Below are positions 48,887 to 54,868 of a DNA stretch of 54,868 bases, piece after piece. Numbering within the stretch: the stretch's first letter is position 1; each line of letters begins with the position of its first letter. Source of the stretch: Pseudobacteriovorax sp. (GTDB taxonomy: Bacteria > Bdellovibrionota_B > Oligoflexia > Oligoflexales > Oligoflexaceae); NCBI GenBank assembly GCA_050293845.1, contig JBNKNM010000017.1:1-54868 (forward strand). Reading direction: 5' to 3'. The notes below the pieces were generated by a model that was not told the DNA's origin, ran no database searches, and worked only from the letters and a program-made list of their open reading frames with translations. Made by a program: the position numbers and the translations under genes.

Positions 48887-50901
48887 TGGACAAGAATATT
48901 TTGACACATTCAAAGGGTATAGTAAGCAGTCGCAATATTGCCGACTACTTCGGCAAGAAGATATCCTATAGAACCAGCATCGCCTCATCTGATCTGTTGC
49001 TGACCTGGGGTCGGAAGATAAAATCAGAAAAAATTGAAGTCTTAGCCCAAAAACACCAAAAAAAGCTCATCCGTATAGAAGATGGTTTTATTTCATATCG
49101 CTTACATCCACTATTGGATAACTTTCGCTTATCATTGATAATAGATGAAGAGGGAATATACTACGACAGTTCCCGCCCCCATGGGCTTGAAACCATTATA
49201 TTTAAATTAGCTAGAGATTTTGGTGAAACTATGCGACTACGCGCTCAAAAAGTGCGTCGCAAGCTCTGTGAATATAACATCTCAAAGTATAATATCACAC
49301 AAAAGTCAGCTGATAATTTTTTTAAGGCTTATAGCAAGCAGAAACGTGTCCTTCTGATCGATCAAACAGTGGGGGATCGTTCGATATTTCATGCCAAGGC
49401 TAACCGAGAAACATTTCAACAAATGCTCGCTGCGGCGAAAAAAGAAAACCCTGAAGCTCAGCTATTTATCCTGAGTCATCCCGATGTTCAGTTAGGCAAG
49501 AAAAAGGGTTACCTCCATCAAATGCATACCCATGGGCTTGCCACTGTGCCTTTTGAACTTAATGCTATGTCGGTGCTAAAGCAAATCGATCATGTCTACA
49601 CTGTTTCCTCTCAGATGGGCTTTGAAGCTATATTAAGGGAAAAAAAAGTAACTGTATTTGGACAAGCTTTTTATGGAGGGTGGGGTCTCACCGATGATAG
49701 AACCACATATCCAAGAAAACGTCTACAAATCGATATTGATCAACTTACATATGGGTCACTTATTGCTTATCCCCACTATCGCCTCCCCTATCTTAATCGC
49801 CCAGCACAGATTGAAGAAGTGATTGATTATTTAGCCTTTAATCCTTACAGAAATATTGAGCGTTTTACTAAAATTTATGCCCTTGGCTTCAGTCTATGGA
49901 AGAGGATTTTTGTTGCACGATACATGCGTCCCTATTGCGAGACATTGCTCTTTGTAAAAAAACTGCCATCCAAGATCTTCAAGCATGAAGCTGTATTGGT
50001 ATGGGGATATAAAAACAAGCTTCCTCCCCAACCTTCCTCTACAGTACTAAGGATGGAAGATGGCTTTATCCGATCGGTAGGTCTAGGTTCTGACTTGAAA
50101 CTTCCTTCTTCTGTGGTCATTGAAAAAAAAGGACTCTATTATGATGCTAGCCAAAGCACAACTCTTGAATCCATTCTACAAACAGTAAATTTCTCTGAAA
50201 CAACATTAGTGCGCTCAGAGAAACTTATTCAGATGATCAAGCAATATACGATTACAAAGTATAATGTACAATCCCATATCACCTTAAATGTTCCCTCTCA
50301 TAGACATGTTTGCCTAGTCGTCGGTCAAGTAGTATCTGATGCGTCTGTCTCACTTTCGGGTGCCGATATCAAGTCAGACCAAGAATTACTAGAAAAGGTA
50401 CGCCATGACTTTCCCGATGCCTATATTATTTATAAACCTCATCCAGATATTCTAGCTAAAAATCGAAGGCAAGGCCCCGTGAACAGTGCTCTTTATGACC
50501 AAATTGTAATTAAAGAAAGCATTATAAGTTGTTTTAAGGTTGCACACTCTGTTCACCTGATTAGTTCTTTGGCTGGCTTTGAGGCCCTAATCCATCAAAA
50601 GCTTGTTTATACATATGGCCTTCCTTTTTATGCGGGATGGGGGCTTACTATCGATGCTGTACCTTGTGTCCGGCGCACCCGCAGATTAGAGCTTTCCGCA
50701 TTAGTAGCAGGATGCTTAATTGCATATCCTCACTATTATAATTGGAGTAGCGCTAAGCTCACTGATGTGGAAGATATTATTTTAGAAATTCATAAAGCAT
50801 TAGAAACTAATAAAAAACAGGTTTTATCGCGAAACAAACTGTTTCGCTTTGGCATTAAACTACGTTATTTATATCAATCGATAGCAGATAGTTACCTATG
50901 A
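48886..50901 (+). CDS. kpsC: Beta-Kdo transferase KpsC (two tandem GT107 domains)
   Basis: Duplicated EDGF, YYD, KYN, HP and FY.GWGLT.D motifs. Confidence 0.93.
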   Translation: MDKNILTHSKGIVSSRNIADYFGKKISYRTSIASSDLLLTWGRKIKSEKIEVLAQKHQKKLIRIEDGFISYRLHPLLDNFRLSLIIDEEGIYYDSSRPHGLETIIFKLARDFGETMRLRAQKVRRKLCEYNISKYNITQKSADNFFKAYSKQKRVLLIDQTVGDRSIFHAKANRETFQQMLAAAKKENPEAQLFILSHPDVQLGKKKGYLHQMHTHGLATVPFELNAMSVLKQIDHVYTVSSQMGFEAILREKKVTVFGQAFYGGWGLTDDRTTYPRKRLQIDIDQLTYGSLIAYPHYRLPYLNRPAQIEEVIDYLAFNPYRNIERFTKIYALGFSLWKRIFVARYMRPYCETLLFVKKLPSKIFKHEAVLVWGYKNKLPPQPSSTVLRMEDGFIRSVGLGSDLKLPSSVVIEKKGLYYDASQSTTLESILQTVNFSETTLVRSEKLIQMIKQYTITKYNVQSHITLNVPSHRHVCLVVGQVVSDASVSLSGADIKSDQELLEKVRHDFPDAYIIYKPHPDILAKNRRQGPVNSALYDQIVIKESIISCFKVAHSVHLISSLAGFEALIHQKLVYTYGLPFYAGWGLTIDAVPCVRRTRRLELSALVAGCLIAYPHYYNWSSAKLTDVEDIILEIHKALETNKKQVLSRNKLFRFGIKLRYLYQSIADSYL

Positions 50902-52142
50902 AAATTTTACTATTACAGGGTCCCATGGGACCTTTTTTCAAGCACCTTGCTCACACACTCACACTGTTAGACCATGAATTATGGAAGGTAAATTTCAATG
51001 GTGGCGATCAGATATTTTCCAGCGGAATGTCTACGATCAACTATACAGGAGGAACTGAGTTTTGGGCCTATTTTTTGAGAAAAACTCTGGTTACTAAAGA
51101 TATTCAAGTGATTATTGGATATGGAGACTGCCGGATTTACCATCGCATTGCCAAAAAAGTAGCCAAACGCTTACAAATTCCAATCTACTTTTTTGAAGAG
51201 GGTTACTTTCGCCCCAATTTCATCACTTTTGAGAAGAACGGTGTCAACAATAATTCAACATTACCACGTACCAGTGATTTTTATAAATTCCTAGAACCAA
51301 CCGCCAACCGTAAGGAGATATCCATAGGATATGATTTTCATTGGCGCATTATTTTTAGTATCATATACTACCTATCAACCAAACTACTATCATATAAATA
51401 CGATAAATATCACCATCATCGAAGCATTTCCGTTCTTTATGAAGGATTGTGCTGGTTGAAATCTGGATTACTAAAGTATCCTTACAGAATCATATCTAAG
51501 ATAAAGTATAAAAAAACTATTAATAAATATAAAAATTATTACCTTTTCCCCTTACAGATCAAAGATGATGCTCAGATTAAATGGCACTATCCCCGCGGAA
51601 CGATCAAAGGTACTCTTAATTCGGTGATTCACTCTTTCGCACAGCACGCCCCACCTACAACGGCACTAATAATCAAACACCATCCCATGGATAGGGGACA
51701 TACTAACTATAAAAAATACATTGAAACACTTTGTAAAAAACACAATGTCAATCATCGGGTGATTTATATTCATGACGTTCCCAATCCCAAGATAATTCGC
51801 AACGCCCTGGGTATGGTAACTATCAACTCCACCATGGGTTTAAGCGGAGTGCTTCACCATCGAAAGGTATTAGCCTTAGGAAAATGCCTTTATAATATTG
51901 ACGGCATAACCTACCAAGGTTCCCTTGACAGTTTTTGGACGACAGACTTTAAACCAAACCTCAAACTATTTCATTCATTTAGAAACTATATAATTGCAAA
52001 GAGTCAGCTCAACCAAAATTTCTATAAGCCATTACCATTTGATCAAATAGATTGGAATGAACTTCTAAGAATAAAACACACTTCTAAACCTAGGTTACAC
52101 CAAAATAGATTGATCCCAGCGAATACCATCAAGAGAACTTGA
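50898..52142 (+). CDS. kpsS: Beta-Kdo transferase KpsS
   Basis: LLLQGPMGPFF, NFNGGD, FEEGYFRP, PLQ..D.Q, KHHPMDRG, TINST.G. Confidence 0.93.
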   Translation: MKILLLQGPMGPFFKHLAHTLTLLDHELWKVNFNGGDQIFSSGMSTINYTGGTEFWAYFLRKTLVTKDIQVIIGYGDCRIYHRIAKKVAKRLQIPIYFFEEGYFRPNFITFEKNGVNNNSTLPRTSDFYKFLEPTANRKEISIGYDFHWRIIFSIIYYLSTKLLSYKYDKYHHHRSISVLYEGLCWLKSGLLKYPYRIISKIKYKKTINKYKNYYLFPLQIKDDAQIKWHYPRGTIKGTLNSVIHSFAQHAPPTTALIIKHHPMDRGHTNYKKYIETLCKKHNVNHRVIYIHDVPNPKIIRNALGMVTINSTMGLSGVLHHRKVLALGKCLYNIDGITYQGSLDSFWTTDFKPNLKLFHSFRNYIIAKSQLNQNFYKPLPFDQIDWNELLRIKHTSKPRLHQNRLIPANTIKRT

Positions 52143-52608
52143 TCGACTGTCTAGATTACTGAGAATGTGAGCTTACCATCGTCTCGGTCTATGAAGATTT
52201 TGTGAGAAAGGTGAAGCCACGCCAATGACTTCACCTTCGGGGGACAGGGAGTACAAGTCCCATAATACCAATAACTCTGGTACCAGCTTACTTCGCTTCC
52301 AGCAATAATTATAGATTGTTATTTGATCATAGTGATCAAGACTATTAAGCTACTTCTATAGGATTAAACTCAACTTATGAGAAGCATCCCTTTAACTGTT
52401 GATCTTCCGCGAAAAAAACCAAGTCAATTGGTATCAAAAGGAAACCACCGTTATATGGGAAGATGTTCCTGTCCAAAATGAGGAGACCGTTAATGGGTCA
52501 TGGGGCAGTATAATACTGCAAAATAAATGGGAAGGCTTTGATGGTTTTGAACCCTAAGTATATTACAGGAGTTCCATTAGCTCAAAACCACCAAGTCAGG
52601 AAGAAGGA

Positions 52609-52839
52609 TCAATCAGTCGTTTTAGATTTCACATTCTTCAGAGTATCGAGTTGTTTTTCTGTGATAGAAATGCTTTTAGTAAGTATCTTATCGACAACCT
52701 TTGTTTTACCATTGTGAGCTGTATTTTTTATTTTTTTGCCAGCTCCTACGATTTTTGATTTGGCCTTCTGTGATACATTTTGTCCTACGGACTGGGCTTT
52801 TTCTTTGAGAGCCCCAAGGTTTACTACTTTTTCTCTCAT
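52609..52839 (-). CDS. Small basic hypothetical protein
   Basis: GGAGG RBS; Lys-rich helical repeats. Confidence 0.7.
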   Translation of the reverse strand: MREKVVNLGALKEKAQSVGQNVSQKAKSKIVGAGKKIKNTAHNGKTKVVDKILTKSISITEKQLDTLKNVKSKTTD

Positions 52840-52896
52840 TGAGATGATCCTCCATAATATTTGCTGTCATTGTTTTCATAGTCTTTCAACAGATTC

Positions 52897-52923
52897 ATTT
52901 CGGTTGGTTAAGAGACAAATTTA
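52897..52923 (-). promoter_or_regulatory. sigma28-like promoter
   Basis: TAAA-15 nt-ACCGAAAT upstream of the 76-aa gene. Confidence 0.5.
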
Positions 52924-53142
52924 ATAGATTTTATAAATATTAGCGGCCCTTTCGAGGGCCTTGACGTAATCTACAGTTCTTTTTGAATAAATTCCTGAAA
53001 CTATCATATTAGATTTTAGAAATTCATAACTTTTTTGGTCATATTTTTTTGTAATATTCTTCCTCAGCAGATAGTTCTTTGAGAGAGTCAATTGATTTAC
53101 CCCCCACATTAGCTTTAGGGCGGTTGTGGGGCATTTCTTCAA
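52921..53142 (-). CDS. Small hypothetical protein, possibly frameshifted
   Basis: 73-aa ORF with a TTG start; alternatively an ATG at 53134 with a shift at the A7 run. Confidence 0.3.
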   Translation of the reverse strand: MKKCPTTALKLMWGVNQLTLSKNYLLRKNITKKYDQKSYEFLKSNMIVSGIYSKRTVDYVKALERAANIYKIY

Positions 53143-53978
53143 CTCTCTGTAAATTCACAACTTTTTTCTGGCACAAGAGGAGCGCAGGATAACCCCCACT
53201 TGTGATGATAGAGACGACGGCACCTACGATGATATTTTTTTGTGAGTTGTTTTCTGACGCCCCTCCATGTTCTACCATGAACTTTTATAGTAAAGTCTTT
53301 AACAACCTGGTCAGGATCATTTTTCTTTACAATATTAATCTCGCAGCGTCCACGAATATAACTTCTTATTGGTTTACATGGGCGTTTGATAAAGGAGAAA
53401 GTTTGCTCAATTTCAGCATCCACAGAGTCTACTGAAATGGAAGCTTCACCTTTGCCCATCCCTGAGTCAGCACTAATACTCATCTCCATCTCAAACCATT
53501 TATTCTTCCGACAACCAAACCATTTAACATTCTTAACATCAAATGCGTGAGATCGTATAAAGAAATCTTCAATATCATCCTTATAAGTCTCTACACCAAA
53601 ATCTTTATAATCCCCTGTATCATCGTGGTATTGAATCTGTGTGCTGACTTGTGCACCTTGGTCGGCTTGTATAAAGCCTCTCATCTCTACCCCCACTATT
53701 CCTAGTTGCCACCTTTGATCAGATTCAACTTCAAATCTTATACGACAGTCCTTATTATCGTTCTCTATCTTAGGCAAATCGGTAGATGCCTCAAATTCAG
53801 AAAAAGCTATAGTTATAGCATCTTTATCTTTGCTAGGTACGTTAGCTACACTCCCCATCTTACATCCAGATCCCATTGTTTTAATATCAAGAAAGTCCAA
53901 GTTAGGAGGATTACGTTTAGAATGAGCAGTAGCCTTGAAAGACATCATCAATACGAATGCGATATAAAAATGTTTCAC
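53139..53978 (-). CDS. Secreted DUF4360 family protein
   Basis: Signal peptide, GSGC..GS......D..T..F..F.A...K.C, and ISVDSVD motif. Confidence 0.8.
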   Translation of the reverse strand: MKHFYIAFVLMMSFKATAHSKRNPPNLDFLDIKTMGSGCKMGSVANVPSKDKDAITIAFSEFEASTDLPKIENDNKDCRIRFEVESDQRWQLGIVGVEMRGFIQADQGAQVSTQIQYHDDTGDYKDFGVETYKDDIEDFFIRSHAFDVKNVKWFGCRKNKWFEMEMSISADSGMGKGEASISVDSVDAEIEQTFSFIKRPCKPIRSYIRGRCEINIVKKNDPDQVVKDFTIKVHGRTWRGVRKQLTKKYHRRCRRLYHHKWGLSCAPLVPEKSCEFTES

Positions 53979-54868
53979 TAAAATCTCCTTAAATTCGATC
54001 CATTTTATCTACAACGAGTGGAGGACAAGTTTCAGCAAAAAGCCAATAGTTAGCATCATAATAGATAAAAATTACTACCTATTACCAAAGGGCTGTAACA
54101 GTCTGATTAAGTTTGCTTAGTTTGCTGAGAATTGCCTGATCACAAATAAACCTCTAACTCTTTTGATGTGATTCACCCTGCTCTAATACAAGTTTTATCG
54201 GTAGGAAGATTCACAAATCTGAAATATTACCTTGAAAAAAACTTTAGACTTCAAACATTTATTTATAATTTCGGTAATATACGGCTTCATAAATTGACCA
54301 AATGCAGTAGCGTATATGGTCTAATTAATACTTTTTATAGAGCCACGGTATAATTTTAGTGAATCATCTTTTTCTGCCAAATCCTTGCTTCCATAGTGAC
54401 TGGCGACCCATCACCAAAAGATACTCATATAATGCTAGTTGGGGGGGATATATTTCATTTTAACCTCAACGTAAATTCAACAACAGCTCAGCTAGAATTG
54501 CTAAAGCAAGTCCTGTTCCTACAATTATATCAATGATTATAGCATAGTATAAAAATAGAGCTGGACTAGTCTTTTTCATATGTATAGCATTTACGCACTA
54601 GATGTTCCTATCTAGATTCCGTTGTCATAAGTCAATTACCCCCACCTAAAGAGACCAGGTTTCTTGGAGAAATTTGATGAATTCTCTCAAGGCTTCAAAT
54701 CTTGGGCCGGAAATATCATTTTGCACTAAATGTTACATGAGACTCCATTAACTTTTGTCCCAATTTACAAGACAGAACCTTCTTGGTGGCAGGGATATGA
54801 GAAAAATTGGTGTTTGAGTAAGTAAGAAAGACGGCGTAAGCTGACCAACGATATTCAAAATAAAAAAC

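Noticed and set aside
52150..52600. Gene remnants after kpsS and in 44100-44660
   Set aside because: Only short broken frames with no recognisable family.

Overview
A bacterial chromosomal window. The Glt-type gliding genes, sigma28-type promoters, many TPR proteins and a DUF4360 protein suggest a Bdellovibrionota/Oligoflexia-like organism; this is inference, not shown by the sequence. In order, it contains: the start of a gliding-motility-like operon (outer-membrane beta-barrel, GltC-like TPR protein, and an AgmU/GltD-like TPR protein running off the left edge); proline dehydrogenase; nfeD-stomatin; tRNA-Val(TAC); a GNAT plus heme-oxygenase-like diiron oxidase (HDO) fusion divergent from a 7-TM histidine kinase; a secreted agmatine/peptidylarginine deiminase; a deacylase-RimB-like protease-RimK operon; a PhyH dioxygenase; an HDOD/response-regulator pair; TPR genes; a housekeeping block (acyl-CoA dehydrogenase, lpxL-like, lipA, Rsm22-like, RluA, hrpB, metG, TrmH, ALDH); a bufferin-type DUF2282/DUF692/DUF2063 RiPP cluster; and a capsule export locus (kdsA, a kpsF pseudogene, kpsMTEDCS) with no polymer-synthesis genes. 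The best candidate for an undescribed system is the GNAT-HDO/7-TM kinase pair, which has the layout of a signal synthase and its receptor. Two promoter-preceded, highly structured intergenic RNAs (about 17.6-17.85 kb and 23.75-23.9 kb) are also unexplained. All family assignments come from recognising motifs by eye; no database searches were run.
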